DNA of 64,000 nt from Rebecca billardiae RCC1528 (taxonomy: Eukaryota; Protista; Haptophyta). Each line of letters starts with the position of its first letter. Position 1 is the stretch's first letter. Below the pieces are notes generated by a model. The model did not search any database, was not told the origin of the DNA, and saw only the letters and a list, made by a program, of their open reading frames with translations. The stretch covers positions 744,001-808,000 of the forward strand of contig OZ251232.1 of NCBI GenBank assembly GCA_965240325.2, written 5' to 3'. This document shows, in pieces, positions 24,901-39,300 of the stretch. The position numbers and the translations under genes are program-made.

Positions 24901-27900
24901 CCAGCGCCACCACCGAGCCCGCCGCCGCCGTCACCGCCGCCGTCACCGCCACCAACGCCGCCACCGTCGCCGCCGCCGTTGGCACCGCCGTCGCCACCAC
25001 CGAGCCCGCCGCCGCCCTTACCTCCGCCCAGCCCACCACCGTCGCCGCCACCACCGTCACCGCCGCCGTCACCACCGCCATCACCACCACCGAGCCCGCC
25101 GCCGCCGTCACCACCGCCGTCACCACCGCCGAGCCCGCCGCCGCCGTCACCGCCGCCATCACCTCCGCCAACGACGCCACCGTCGCCGCCACCAAGCCCA
25201 CCACCATCGCCGCCACCGAGCCCGCCGCCACCGCCGTCGCCGCCGCCATCGCCGCCGCCATCGCCGCCACCGTCGCCGCCACCTCTACCGCTTCCACCAC
25301 CACGCACACTGCCGCTGCCACCACCATCACCGCCCAGCCCACCGCCGTCGCCGCCGCCGTCACCGCCGCCATCACCACCGCCAACACCACCACCGAGCCC
25401 TCCGCCGCCATCACCACCACCGTCGCCGCCCCCACCTGCGCCGCCACCTTCACCGCCGCCGAGCCCACCGCCGTCGGCACCGCCGAGCCCGCCACCAAGC
25501 CCTCCGCCACCGCCGTCGCCGCCGCCGTCGCCTCCGCCGTTGCCACCTCCGAGCCCGCCGCCGCCGTCACCTCCGCCCAGCCCACCGCCGTCACCGCCAC
25601 CCTCACCGCCGCCGTCACCACCGCCAACGCCACCACCAAGTCCGCCACCGCCGTCGCCACCGCCCTCGCCACCACCGAGCCCGCCGCCGCCGTCACCACC
25701 GCCATCACCGCCGCCGACGCTGCCACCGTCGCCGCCGCCAAGCCCGCCACCATCGCCGCCACCGAGCCCGCCACCGGCTCCCTTGCCCCCGCCCTCACCA
25801 CCACCGGCAACGTCGTTGTCGCCCTCGCCGCCACCAAGCCCACCGCCGCCGCCATCGCCGCCGCCGTCGCCACCACCGAGCCCGCCACCGCCGTCGCCTC
25901 CGCCCAGCCCACCGCCGTCACCGCCGCCGTCACCGCCGCCGTCACCACCGCCAGCGCCACCACCGAGCCCGCCGCCGCCGTCACCGCCGCCGTCACCGCC
26001 ACCAACGCCGCCACCGTCGCCGCCGCCGTTGGCACCGCCGTCGCCACCACCGAGCCCGCCGCCGCCCTTACCTCCGCCCAGCCCACCACCGTCGCCGCCA
26101 CCACCGTCACCGCCGCCGTCACCACCGCCATCACCACCACCGAGCCCGCCGCCGCCGTCACCACCGCCCTCACCACCGCCGAGCCCGCCGCCGCCGTCAC
26201 CGCCGCCGTCACCTCCGCCAACGCTGCCACCATCGCGGCCACCAAGCCCACCACCATCGCCGCCACCGAGCCCGCCGCCACCGCCGTCGCCGCCGCCATC
26301 GCCGCCGCCATCGCCGCCACCGTCGCCGCCACCTCTACCGCTTCCACCACCACGCACACTGCCGCTGCCACCACCATCACCGCCGAGCCCGCCGCCATCG
26401 CCACCGCCGTCACCGCCGCCATCACCACCGCCAACACCACCACCGAGCCCTCCGCCGCCGTCACCACCACCGTCGCCGCCCCCACCTGCGCCGCCACCTT
26501 CACCGCCACCGAGCCCACCGCCGTCACCACCGCCGAGCCCGCCACCAAGCCCTCCGCCACCGCCGTCGCCGCCACCGTCGCCTCCGCCGTCGCCACCTCC
26601 GAGCCCGCCGCCGCCGTCTCCTCCGCCCAGCCCACCGCCGTCGCCGCCGCCGTCACCGCCGCCGTCACCACCGCCATTACCACCACCGAGCCCGCCACCG
26701 CCGTCTCCGCCGCCGTCACCGCCGCCAACGCCACCACCGTCGCCGCCGCCCAGCCCACCACCATCGCCGCCGCCACCGTCGCCGCCGCCGTCGCCACCGC
26801 CCTCACCGCCACCGAGCCCGCCGCCGCCGTCACCGCCGCCATCACCTCCGCCAACGCTGCCACCGTCGCCGCCGCCAAGCCCACCACCGTCGCCGCCACC
26901 GGGCCCGCCGTCACCGCCGTCGCCGCCGCCATCGCCGCCGCCATCGCCGCCACCGTCGCCGCCACCTCTACCGCTGCCACCACCACGCACACTGCCGCTG
27001 CCACCACCGTCACCGCCAAGCCCGCCGCCGTCACCGCCGCCGTCACCGCCGCCGTCACCACCGCCAACACCACCACCGAGCCCTCCGCCGCCATCACCAC
27101 CACCGTCGCCACCCCCACCTGCGCCGCCACCTTCACCGCCGCCGAGCCCACCGCCGTCGCCACCGCCGAGCCCGCCACCAAGCCCTCCGCCACCGCCGTC
27201 GCCGCCGCCGTCGCCCCCGCCGTCGCCACCACCGAGCCCGCCGCCGCCGTCTCCTCCGCCCAGCCCACCGCCGTCGCCTCCGCCGTCGCCGCCGCCGTCA
27301 CCACCGCCAACGCCACCACCGAGCCCGCCACCGCCGTCACCGCCACCGTCACCGCCGCCAACGCCGCCACCGTCGCCGCCGCCCAGCCCACCACCATCGC
27401 CGCTGCAGCCGTCGCCGCCGCCGTCGCCTCCGCCGTCGCCACCACCGAGCCCGCCGCCGCCGTCACCTCCGCCCAGCCCGCCGCCGTCGCCGCCGCCGTC
27501 ATCGCCGCCGTCACCACCGCCCTCACCACCGCCGAGCCCGCCGCCGCCGTCACCGCCGCCGTCACCGCCGCCAACGCCGCCACCGTCGCCGCCGCCCAGC
27601 TCACCACCATCGCCACCACCCAGTCCGCCGCCATCACCGCAGCCACCGCCATTGCCACCGCCGTCTCCGCCACCAAGCCCGCCGCCTCCGCCCTCCCCTC
27701 CGCCCTCACCGCCTCCGAGCCCGCCACCGCCACCGGCACCCCCGCCGTCGCCGCCCCCGTCGGCGCCGCCGAGCCCACCGCCGAGCCCACCGCCCGGTGG
27801 ACCTGCGCCGCCACCATCGCCGCCGCCGTCACCGCCACAAAATCCGCCACTGCCTCCCGCGCCGCCACCGTTGCCACCGCCGAGCCCACCGCCGCCGCCA

Positions 27901-29906
27901 ACGCCGCCACCCTCACCACCGCCAAGTCCACCACCGCTGCCATCGCCGCCACCTTCGCCGCCACCGAGCCTTCCTCCTTCGCCTTCGCCGCCACCGTCGC
28001 CGCCGCCAAGTCCGTCTCTGCCGCCCTCACCACCACCAATGCCACCGCCAAGCCCGCCACCACCACCGTCGCCTCCGCCCATGCCACCACCCTCGCCACC
28101 GCCACTGCCGGCGCCGCCGCCATCGCCGCCGCCATCGCCACCGCCAACGCCATCGCCGCCGCCGTCACCGCCACCAAGTCCGCCACCGCCACCACCATCA
28201 CCACCACCGACCTCGCCGCCGCCACCGCCGCCGTCGCCGCCACCGTCGTCGCCGCCACCGCCACCACCGTCGCCGCCGCCGAGCTCGCCGCCGCCACCAC
28301 CACCGTCACCGCCGCCGTCGTCACCGCCGCCACCGCCCCCCAGCCCACCACCGAGCTCTCCGCCGCCCCCACCACCGTCGCCACCACCGTCGCCGCCGCC
28401 AAGCTCACCGCCGCCACCACCACCGTCGCCGCCACCGAGCTCGCCGCCGCCGCCGCCACCGTCGCCACCACCATCGTCGCCGCCGCCGCCGCCGCCCAGC
28501 CCACCGCCCAGCTCGCCGCCACCGCCACCACCGTCACCGCCGCCGAGCTCGCCGCCGCCACCACCACCGTCGCCGCCTCCATCGCCGCCGCCGAGCCCGC
28601 CGCCGTCGCTGCCACCGTCGCCACCACCGTCCCCACCACCAAGCCCTCCGCCACACCCGCCGCCGCCGCCAGCGCCACCGCCCAGCCCCCCACCGAGCTT
28701 GCCACCACCGCCATTGCCACCACCAAGCCCGCCACCGAGCCCGCCACCACCGCCGTCCCCGCCGCCGAGCCCGCCACCAAGCCCTCCTCCGCCTCCTGCG
28801 CCGCCGCCTAGCCCGCCGCCGAGCCCGCCGCCGCCGCCGTCACCACCGCCACGCCCACCGCCAAGTCCACCACCACCGCCAGTGCCGCCGCCCAGCCCCC
28901 CACCGAGCTTGCCACCACCGCCATCACCACCACCAAGCCCGCCACCGAGCCCGCCCCCACCGCCCTCGCTGCCGCCGAGCCCGCCACCAAGCCCTCCTCC
29001 GCCTCCTGCGCCGCCGCCCAGCCCGCCGCCCAACCTGCCTCCGCCACCATCGCTGCCGCCACCTCCACCGCCACGCCTGCCACCACCGCCACCTCCCCCT
29101 TTCCCACCTCCGAGCTTGCCACCTCAGCCACCACCATCGTTGCCACCGTCTCCGCCACCGCTGCCGCCGCCGAATCCGCCCCCTTCGGCCCCGCCAGGCC
29201 CTCCACCGCGCCCACCGTCCTCGCCTCCCGCGCAGCCGCCCGCACCGCCCGAGCCGCCGGCGCCGCCGCCGGCGCCGCCATCTCCTCCGTCGCCCCCGCC
29301 GGCCCCTTCGTCCCCGCTGCCGCCGCCTACACCCCCGCCCTCGCCGCCGCCGCCAGCACCGCCCCCGTCGCCGCCCTCGCCGCCGCCCGACCTCACCCGG
29401 GAGGACTACGTCGAGCTGAAGCTCAACCTGACCGGCCTGGACGTGGACGCCGTCCTTGAGCAGCTGCTCGAGGCGATCGCTGGAGTGGCAGGGATCGACG
29501 TCGGCCGGCTGTCGATCGAGGACGTGATCCCGCTGCCGAACGGCGGCTCGTGCGTCATCATCAAGGCGACGGCCAACCCGGACGCGGGCGAGACGCTCAC
29601 TGACCTCGCAAGCGTGCTGGGCACGGCCTCCACCTCGCCGCAGCCTTCTGACGGGCTGGAAGGAACGCTGGGCGTCGAGGTTGTGGACGTACGCTGGCAC
29701 ATGCCGCCATCGTCACCGCCCTCGCCGCCCTTAGAGCCCTCGCCGCCGTCGCCGCCGTCACCACCGGCCTCGCCGCCCTCGCCACCCTTGCCGCCGTCGC
29801 CGCCGTCGCCGCCCTCACCGCCGCCCTCGCCGCCCTCGCCGCCCGCGCCGCCCGCGCCGCCGTCACCTCCGCCCTCGCCGCCATCACCACCGCCCTCGCC
29901 ACCTGT

Positions 29907-29942
<36 letters not shown>

Positions 29943-30082
29943 ACCACCGCCCTCGCCGCCGTCGCCACCGTCGCCGCCCACACCGCCGTCACCACCGCCC
30001 TCGCCGCCCTCACCACCGCCCTCGCCGCCCGTGCCGCCCTCGCCGCCCTCGCCGCCGTCACCACCGCCCTCGCCGCCGTCAC

Positions 30083-30113
<31 letters not shown>

Positions 30114-30259
30114 ACCGTCACCACCGCCCTTGCCGCCCTCGCCACCCTCGCCACCGTCGCCGCCGTCACCACCGCCATCGCCGCCATCACCACCGCCCTC
30201 GCCGCCCGTGCCACCCTCGCCGCCCTCGCCGCCATCAGCACCGCCCTCGCCGCCGTCGC

Positions 30260-30290
<31 letters not shown>

Positions 30291-30466
30291 ACCGTCGCCG
30301 CCCTCACCGCCGCCCTCGCCGCCCTCCTCACCGCCCTCGCCGCCTGTGCCGCCCTCGCCGCCCTCACCGCCGTCACCACCGCCCTCGCCGCCGTCACCAC
30401 CGCCGTCGCCGCCCGTGCCGCCCTCGCCGCCCTCGCCGCCCTCAGCACCGCCCTCGCCGCCCTCAC

Positions 30467-30515
<49 letters not shown>

Positions 30516-33349
30516 ACCGCCTTCGCCGCCCTCACCACCGCCCGTGCCGCCGTCGCCGCCCTCGCCGCCGGCACCGCCGGCACCGCCGCCCTCGCCGCCC
30601 TCACCACCGCCCTCGCCGCCGGTGCCGCCCTCGCCGCCCTCGCCACCGTCACCGCCGCCCTCGCCGCCGTCACCACCGCCGTCGCCGCCCGTGCCGCCCT
30701 CGCCACCGTCGCCGCCGTCACCACCGCCCTCGCCGCCGTCACCACCGCCCTTGCCGCCCTTGCCGCCCTCGCCGCCCTCACCGCCGTCATCACCGCCCTC
30801 GCCGCCCTCGCCACCGCCCTCGCCGCCCGTGCCGCCGTCGCCGCCATCGCCGCCGTCACCACCGCCGTCGCCGCCCTCACCACCGCCGTCGCCGCCCGTG
30901 CCGCCCGCGCCACCGTCGCCGCCGTCACCACCGCCCTCGCCGCCGTCACCACCGCCCTTGCCGCCCGCACCGCCCTCGCCGCCCTCACCGCCGTCATCAC
31001 CGCCCTCGCCGCCCTCGCCACCGCCCTCGCCACCTGTGCCGCCGTCGCCGCCGTCGCCGCCCTCACCGCCGCCCTCGCCGCCCTCACCACCGCCCTCACC
31101 GCCTGTGCCGCCCTCGCCGCCATTGCCGCCCTCGCCACCGCCCTCGCCGCCCTCACCACCGCCGTCGCCGCCATCGCCGCCATCGCCACCGCCCTCGCCA
31201 CCTGTGCCGCCGTCGCCACCGTCCCCGCCGTCATCACCGCCCTCGCCGCCGTCACCACCGCCCTTGCCGCCTGTGCCGCCCTCGCCGCCATCGCCGCCCT
31301 CGCCACCGCCCTCGCCGCCGTCACCACCGCCATCGCCGCCTGTGCCGCCGTCACCGCCGTCGCCGCCTTCACCGCCGCCCTCGCCGCCCTCACCACCGCC
31401 CTCGCCGCCTGTGCCGCCCTCGCCGCCATCGCCGCCCTCGCCACCGCCCTCGCCGCCGTCACCACCGCCATCGCCGCCTGTGCCGCCTTCGCCGCCGTCG
31501 CCGCCGTCACCGCCGCCGTCGCCGCCGTCACCGCCGCCCTTGCCGCCCGTGCCGCCGTCGCCGCCCTCACCGCCATCATCACCGCCCTCGCCGCCCTCAC
31601 CACCGCCCTTGCCGCCCGCACCGCCCTCGCCGCCCTCACCGCCGTCATCACCGCCCTCGCCGCCCTCACCACCGCCCTCGCCGCCCGTGCCGCCCTCGCC
31701 ACCGTCGCCGCCGTCACCACCGCCCTCGCCGCCGTCACCACCGCCCTTGCCGCCCGCACCGCCCTCGCCGCCCTCGCCGCCGTCATCACCGCCCTCGCCG
31801 CCCTCGCCACCGCCCTCGCCACCCGTGCCGCCGTCACCGCCGTCGCCGCCTTCACCGCCGCCCTCGCCGCCCTCACCACCGCCCTCGCCGCCTGTGCCGC
31901 CCTCGCCGCCATCGCCGCCCTCGCCACCGCCCTCGCCGCCGTCACCACCGCCATCGCCGCCTGTGCCGCCTTCGCCGCCGTCGCCGCCGTCACCGCCGCC
32001 GTCGCCGCCGTCACCGCCGCCCTTGCCGCCCGTGCCGCCGTCGCCGCCCTCACCGCCATCATCACCGCCCTCGCCGCCCTCACCACCGCCCTCGCCGCCC
32101 GTGCCGCCGTCGCCGCCGTCGCCGCCCTCGCCACCGCCCTCGCCGCCGTCACCACCGCCCTCGCCGCCCGTGCCGCCCTCGCCGCCGTCGCCGCCGTCAC
32201 CACCACCCTCGCCGCCCTCACCACCGCCCTCGCCACCCTCACCTCCGTCGCCGCCCTCGCCGCCGTTACCACCGCCCTCGCCGCCCTCACCACCGCCCTT
32301 GCCGCCCTCGCCGCCGTCGCCGCCCTCTCCGCCCTCGCCACCGCCCTCGCCGCCCTCGCCACCGCCCTCGCCGCCCGTGCCGCCCTCACCGCCATCGCCG
32401 CCGTCACCGCCGCCCTCGCCGCCGTCACCGCCGCCCTCGCCACCCGTGCCGCCCTCGCCGCCCTCGCCGCCCTCACCACCGCCCTCGCCGCCGTCACCGC
32501 CGCCCTTGCCGCCCGTGCCGCCGTCGCCGCCCTCACCGCCATCATCACCGCCCTCGCCGCCCTCACCACCGCCCTCGCCGCCCGTGCCGCCGTCGCCGCT
32601 GTCGCCGCCCTCGCCACCGCCCTCGCCGCCGTCACCACCGCCCTTGCCGCCAGTGCCGCCATTGCCGCCATCGCCACCGTCATCACCGCCCTCGCCGCCC
32701 TCGCCACCGCCCTCGCCACCTGTGCCGCCGTCGCCGCCGTCGCCGCCCTCACCGCCGCCCTCGCCGCCCTCACCACCGCCCTCACCGCCTGTGCCGCCAT
32801 CGCCGCCATCGCCGCCATCGCCACCGCCATCGCCGCCGTCACCACCGCCCTCGCCGCCCTCGCCGCCCGCGCCGCCCGCGCCGCCGTCACCACCGCCCTC
32901 GCCGCCGTCGCCACCGCCCTCACCGCCTGTGCCGCCTTCGCCGCCCTCGCCGCCATCGCCACCGCCCTCGCCGCCGTCACCACCCTTGCCGCCGTCGCCG
33001 CCCTCGCCGCCATCACCACCACCCTCACCGCCATCACCACCGCCATCGCCACCCGTGCCGCCCTCGCCGCCCTCGCCGCTCTCTCCGCCGCCATCGCCGC
33101 CATCGGCTCCGCCCTCGCCGCCCTTGCCGCCATCGCCGCCCTCACCGCCCTCACCACCGCCCTCGCCGCCCTCGCCGCCCGTGCCGCCCTTGCCGCCCTC
33201 GCCTCCGTCACCACCGCCCTCGCCGCCCTCTCCACCGCCCTCGCCGCCCGTGCCGCCCTCGCCGCCCTCGCCGCCGTCACCACCGCCCTCGCCGCCGTCA
33301 CCACCGCCCTCGCCGCCCTTGCCGCCCTCGCCGCCCTCGCCGCCGTCAC

Positions 33350-33402
<53 letters not shown>

Positions 33403-33565
33403 GCGCCACCGCCGTCACCGCCCTCACCACCACCCTCGCCGCCCGTGCCGCCCTCGCCGCCCGTGCCGCCGTCACCGCCGCCCTCGCCGCCCTCACCACC
33501 GCCCTCGCCGCCCGTGCCGCCCTCGCCACCCTCACCGCCATCATCACCGCCCTCGCCACCCTCAC

Positions 33566-33611
<46 letters not shown>

Positions 33612-33705
33612 ACCGCCGCCCTCGCCACCCTCACCGCCGCCCTCGCCGCCCTCGCCCCCGTCGCCGCCGTCGCCTCCCTCACCGCCGCCCTCGCCACCCT
33701 CGCCA

Positions 33706-33738
<33 letters not shown>

Positions 33739-34462
33739 GTGCCGCCGTCACCTCCGCCCTCGCCGCCCTCATCACCGCCCTCGCCGCCTGTGCCACCGTC
33801 GCCTCCCTCGCCGCCTTCACCGCCGCCCTCGCCGCCCTCACCACCGCCCTCGCCGCCCGTGCCGCCCTCGCCGCCCTCTCCGCCGTCACCGCCGCCCTCG
33901 CCACCCTCACCACCGCCCTCGCCGCCCTCGCCGCCGTCGCCGCCCGTGCCGCCGTCACCACCGCCCTCGCCGCCGTCACCACCGCCCTCGCCGCCCGTGC
34001 CGCCGTCGCCACCCTCGCCGCCGTCGCCACCGCCCTCGCCGCCCTCACCACCGCCCTCGCCGCCAGTGCCACCGTCGCCGCCCTCGCCGCCGTCACCGCC
34101 GCCCTCGCCGCCCTCACCACCGCCCTCGCCGCCCGTGCCGCCGTCGCCGCCCTCGCCGCCATCGCCACCGCCCTCGCCGCCCTCACCACCGCCCTCGCCG
34201 CCATCGCCGCCCTCGCCGCCATCGCCGCCGTCATCACCGCCGTCGCCGCCCTCGCCACCGCCCTCGCCGCCAGTGCCACCGTCGCCGCCCTCGCCGCCGT
34301 CGTCACCGCCCTCGCCGCCCTCATCCCCGCCCTCGCCGCCCGTGCCACCGTCGCCTCCCTCGCCGCCTTCACCGCCGCCCTCGCCGCCCTCACCACCGCC
34401 CTCGCCGCCCGTGCCGCCCTCGCCGCCCTCACCGCCATCATCACCGCCGTCGCCACCCTCAC

Positions 34463-34497
<35 letters not shown>

Positions 34498-34993
34498 GTG
34501 CCGCCGTCACCTCCGCCCTCGCCGCCCTCATCACCGCCCTCGCCGCCCGTGCCACCGTCGCCTCCCTCGCCGCCTTCACCGCCGCCCTCGCCGCCCTCAC
34601 CACCGCCCTCGCCGCCCGTGCCGCCGTCGCCGCCCTCGCCGCCGTCATCACCGCCCTCGCCGCCCGTGCCACCGTCGCCTCCCTCGCCGCCTTCACCGCC
34701 GCCCTCGCCGCTCTCACCACCGCCCTCGCCGCCCGTGCCGCCCTCGCCGCCCTCACCGCCATCATCACCGCCGTCGCCACCCTCACCACCGCCCTCGCCG
34801 CCCTCGCCGCCCGCGCCGCCCGTGCCGCCGTCACCTCCGCCCTCGCCGCCCTCATCACCGCCCTCGCCGCCCGTGCCACCGTCGCCTCCCTCGCCGCCTT
34901 CACCGCCGCCCTCGCCGCTCTCACCACCGCCCTCGCCGCCCGTGCCGCCCTCGCCGCCCTCACCGCCATCATCACCGCCGTCGCCACCCTCAC

Positions 34994-35028
<35 letters not shown>

Positions 35029-35838
35029 GTGCCGCCGTCACCTCCGCCCTCGCCGCCCTCATCACCGCCCTCGCCGCCCGTGCCACCGTCGCCACCCTCG
35101 CCGCCGTCACCGCCGCCCTCGCCGCCCTCACCACCGCCCTCGCCGCCCGTGCCGCCGTCGCCACCCTCGCCGCCGTCGCCACCGCCCTCGCCGCCCTCAC
35201 CACCGCCCTCGCCGCCATCGCCGCCATCGCCGCCATCGCCGCCGTCATCACCGCCGTCGCCGCCCTCGCCACCGCCCTCGCCGCCAGTGCCACCGTCGCC
35301 GCCCTCGCCGCCGTCGTCACCGCCCTCGCCGCCCTCACCACCGCCCTCGCCGCCCGTGCCGCCCTCGCCGCCCTCGCCGCCGTCACCGCCGCCCTCGCCG
35401 CCCTCACCACCGCCCTCGCCACCTGTGCCACCGTCGCCGCCGTCGCCGCCGTCACCGCCGCCCTCGCCGCCGTCACCACCGCCCTCGCCGCCTGTGCCGC
35501 CCTCGCCGCCCTCGCCGCCGTCACCACCGCCCTCGCCGCCGTCACCGCCGCCCTCGCCGCCAGTGCCGCCTTCGCCACCGTCGCCGCCATTACCGCCGCC
35601 CTCGCCGCCCTCGCCACCGTCCTCGCCGCCCGTGCCGCCTTCGCCGCCCGTGCCGCCCTCGCCGCCGCCCTCGCCGCCCTCGCCACCGCCCTCGCCGCCC
35701 GTGCCGCCTTCGCCGCCCGTGCCGCCGTCGCCGCCGCCCTCGCCGCCCTCACCACCGCCCTCGCCGCCCGTGCCGCCGTCGCCGCCGTCGCCGCCCTCAC
35801 CGCCGCCCTCGCCGCCCTCACCACCGCCCTCGCCGCCA

Positions 35839-35874
<36 letters not shown>

Positions 35875-36292
35875 CCCTCGCCGCCGTCACCACCGCCCTC
35901 GCCGCCATCGCCCCCATCGCCGCCGTCGCCGCCGTCACCACCGCCCTCGCCGCCCTCACCGCCGCCCTCGCCGCCCGTGCCGCCCTCGCCGCCCTCACCA
36001 CCGCCCTCGCCGCCGTTTCCGCCCTCGCCGCCCTCGCCGCCGTCGCCACCGCCCTCGCCGCCCTCACCACCGCCCTCGCCGCCGTTTCCGCCCTCGCCGC
36101 CGTCGCCGCCGTCACCGCCGCCCTCGCCGCCCTCGCCACCGCCCTCGCCGCCCGTGCCGCCCTCGCCGCCCTCGCCGCCGTCACCGCCGCCCTCGCCGCC
36201 CTCGCCACCGCCCTCGCCGCCCGTGCCGCCCTCGCCGCCCTCGCCGCCCTCGCCACCGCCCTCGCCGCCCTCACCACCGCCCTCGCCGTCCC

Positions 36293-36338
<46 letters not shown>

Positions 36339-39300
36339 ACCACCGCCCTTGCCGCCCTCGCCGCCCTCGCCGCCCCCACCACCACCCTCGCCTTCGCCGC
36401 CGCCCAACTTCGAGCTGTACGACTTTGCTGCCATCTATCTCAACACAACCGGCGGCGTGGATGTCGACATCGACGTCGTTCTCTCCTCAGTCACGGACAC
36501 GCTGGGTGTGGATCCGGAGCGTGTCACTGTGCACGCCGTGGACGAGGTGAGCGCCGACGAGACTCGCGTCATCATCCGCGTGCGCAACGACCCATCGCTT
36601 GGCGACTCGCCAGTGGACGTCGTGGCAGGCCTGTCTCCGAGGCCTGAGCCTACTCCGACACCGCTGGAGACTCTCGCCGACACCCTGGGACTGCCTGTGT
36701 TCGAGCTGCCCAGGGCGTTCGAGCCGCCGTTTCCCCCGCCGTCGCCGCCGTCTCCCGCGCCGCCCCCCTTCCCGCCACCCCAGCCCCCTCCTCCCCTGCC
36801 GCCCCCGTCGCCGCCATCGCCGCCCCCTCAATTCCACATCGAGGAGTACCTTGCGCTCACGCTCAACCTGAGCGCGCCCGAGCTCGACCAGCTGTCGGAC
36901 GGGCTGCTGGAGACGGTGGCCGCCGAGCTGGGCGTCAACGAGTCGCGGCTTTCGTACGAGCTGGTCGACGACGTGGGCGATGGTTCGATCAAGGTCGTGA
37001 TCAAGGTCACCACGGACCCCGAGGCTGGGGAGACACCTGCTGACCCCGTTGGCAGCCTCACGCCGAACAATGGGCCGGGCACGCCCACGTCGCTCGACGA
37101 GCTGTCTGAATGGCTGGGCGTGCCCGTGGTGGCGTCACCGCACAACCACATGCCGCCGTCACCACCGCCTGTCCCGCCATCTCCCCCGCCGCCCCCGTCG
37201 CCGCCCTCGCCGCCGCCCGACCTCACCCGGGAGGACTACGTCGAGCTGAAGCTCAACCTGACCGGCCTGGACGTGGACGTCGTCCTCGAGCAGCTGCTCG
37301 AGACGATCGCTGGAGTGGCAGGGATCGACGTCGGCCGGCTGTCGATCGAGGACGTGATCCCGCTGCCGAACGGCGGCTCGAACGTCATCATCAAGGCGAC
37401 GGCCAACCCGGACGCGGGCGAGACGCTCACTGACCTCTCTCAGCTGCTCAAGCCTCCGGCGCCGGTGCCTCCCGAGCCGGCGCCGCTCGACGCGCTGAGC
37501 GAGGCCCTCGGCTTCACGCTGGTGACCACTCGCAAGCATGTACCTCCGTCACCGCCACCGGCGCCGCCTTCGCCGCCGGCGCCGCCATCGCCGCCGCCGA
37601 GGCTGGGGGAGGAGGAGTACTTGGCGCTGTACCTCAACCTGAGCGCCCTCGAGTTTGTGAGCTCGCCCAACATCACGCTGCTCGACGCGCTGGCCAACGA
37701 GCTGGGCATCGACGAGACTCGGCTGACGTTCGAGGTTGTGGCCGACCAGGGCGACGGCACGACCAAGGTGGTGATCAAGGTCACCACGGACCCCGAGGCT
37801 GGGGAGACACCTGCTGACCCCGTTGGCAGCCTCACGCCGAACAACGGGCCGGGCACGCCCACGTCGCTCGACGAGCTGTCTGAGACGCTGGGCGTGCCGT
37901 TGGCGGCGACACCGCACAACCACGTGCCGCCGTCGCCACCGCCATCGCCGCCGTCATCGCCGCCATCGCCGCCCTCGCCGCCATCGCCGCCTGCCCCGCC
38001 TGCCCCGCCGCCCGACCTGAGCGTCGAGGAGTACGTGGCGCTCACGCTCAACCTGACCGCTGCGCAGCTGGACGAGGCCGCGTTGGACGATCTGCGCGAT
38101 GCCGTCGCCGCCGAGCTGGACGTGGACCCCTCGCGCGTGTCGATCGAGACGGTCGACGAGCAGGGCGACGGCACGACGACGGTCGTGATCAAGGTCACCA
38201 CGGACCCCGAGGCTGGGGAGACACCTGCTGACCCCGTTGGCAGCCTTACGCCGAACAATGGGCCGGGCACGCCCACGTCGCTCGACGAGCTGTCGGAGAC
38301 GCTGGGCGTGCCGGTGGTGTCGACGCCGTACAACCACGTGCCGCCGTCGCCACCGCCATCGCCGCCATCGCCGCCATCGCCGCCATCGCCGCCTTCTCCG
38401 CCGCCCGACTTCAGCACCCAGGAGTACGTGGCGCTCACGCTCAACCTGACCGCTGCGCAGCTGGACGAGGCCGCGTTGGACGATCTGCGCGATGCCGTCG
38501 CCGCCGAGCTGGGCTTGAACACGTCGCGCGTGTCGATCGAGACGGTCGACGAGCAGGGCGACGGCACAACGACGGTCGTGATCAAGGTCACCACTGACCC
38601 CGAGGCTGGGGAGACACCTGCTGACCCCGTTGGCAGCCTCACGCCGAACAATGGGCCGGGCACGCCCACGTCGCTCGACGAGCTGTCGGAGACGCTGGGC
38701 GTGCCGGTGGTGTCGACGCCGTACAACCACGTGCCGCCATCATCTCCACCCGCGCCGCCCTCGCCGCCCGCGCCGCCGCCCTCGCCCGCGCCGCCGCCCA
38801 ACCGGGAGCTCTTCGACTTCATCGCCGTGTACGTCAACTCGACCGAGGCCGCGTTCAGCGAGCTGTCGATCGACTTCATCGCCCACCTGGCGGAGACGCT
38901 CGGGATCGACCCAGACAGACTTGCTGTGCACGTGGTCACCGAGCTGAGCGACACGGTGACACGCGTCGTCATCCGCGTGCGCACCGACCCCACGGCCGGT
39001 GACCCGCCAGTGGACACGGTTGGGACGCTGCTGCAGGGTGCCGGCGCAGGTGGCCCTTCCGCGCTGGAGCAGCTGAGCGCTCGGCTCGGTCTGCCGGTGC
39101 TGGAGGTGCCGACAGCCTTCGAGCCGCCCTCGCCGCCGCCCTCGCCGCCCTCGCCGCCGTCGCCGCCGCCCAACCTGCGCGAGGAGGAGTACGTTGCGCT
39201 CTCGATCAACCTCACGCGCGCAGAGTTTGGCGGGCTGCTCACCGAGGTGATGCTGGAGAACATGGCGGAGCGGCTGGAGATCGACCGCGAGCGCGAGTCG

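Noticed and set aside
12528-36434. Huge Gly-rich antisense ORFs (5501 aa, 2342 aa) and Arg/His- or Ala/Thr-rich alternative-frame ORFs
   Set aside because: Shadows of CCN/TCN codon repeats. Only the Pro frame runs continuously into the globular modules, TM and tail.
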